Under the pieces are notes generated by a model that was not told the DNA's origin, made no database searches, and worked only from the letters and a program-made list of their open reading frames with translations. Source: the human T2T-CHM13v2.0 reference genome, Homo sapiens. From it: a DNA stretch of 64,000 bases. This document shows, one piece after another, positions 63,668 to 64,000 of the stretch. The DNA lies in the NCBI RefSeq assembly GCF_009914755.1, contig NC_060928.1, one strand, 5' to 3'. Each line of letters opens with the position of its first letter. Within the stretch, counting starts at the first letter, position 1. Both the position numbers and the translations under genes were made by a program.

Positions 63668-64000
63668 TGAATTTTTTTTCTTTTAATTTATAGGGAGTTA
63701 CCCATCACAGAAACCACTATTAATCACAACACCCCCAATTCCCTGACCATGTCAGACAAAGCCCACTCTTAGTATGCAAGGGCCTTGTCCAGGTCATCTT
63801 TCCATCCCCCACAGCTCAGCGTCTTATCCATCATAGTAGCTTTCTAAATGTCCAAATAAATGCAAAACATAAAATAGCCTAGAAAACAACATAACTGAAT
63901 ATAACTAGATTAAGTTCAATAGAGAAGTTTTTTTAATAAGTGTTATTTTCATAACCCGCATTAAGATCCAGCCTGTGAAATTCTACTAGAACACTTCTAA

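Overview
AT-rich, Alu-dense primate genomic DNA (human or very close; it matches my recollection of the human 4q31 ABCE1/OTUD4 locus). Two spliced genes converge tail to tail. On + are the last 11 coding exons of ABCE1 (ribosome-recycling ABC ATPase/RLI1; 360-16965, 3'UTR to ~18560). On - are 19 coding exons of the OTU deubiquitinase OTUD4 (61117 down to 26823, 3'UTR to ~23030); its 5' end lies beyond the window. All exons were read by hand, have GT-AG borders and splice into continuous frames (1187 nt and 3102 nt). Introns hold about 32 Alu elements or fragments, MaLR/ERVL LTRs, MER/Tigger DNA transposon fossils, L1/L2/MIR remnants and a full-length Y1 RNA retropseudogene. I found no new multi-gene system. 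The best leads are RNA-processing features of OTUD4: a stop-free 3n intron that would insert a hydrophobic 34-aa segment, an intronic polyadenylation route to a short OTU-only isoform, NAGNAG acceptors and a miRNA-site-dense 3'UTR with a proximal PAS. There are also small DNA-structure and mutational scars: a 36-bp palindrome, a template-switch hairpin, ultra-short TSD-flanked insertions and G4 tracts. Repeat subfamily names and exon numbers come from recalled consensus sequences, not from searches.
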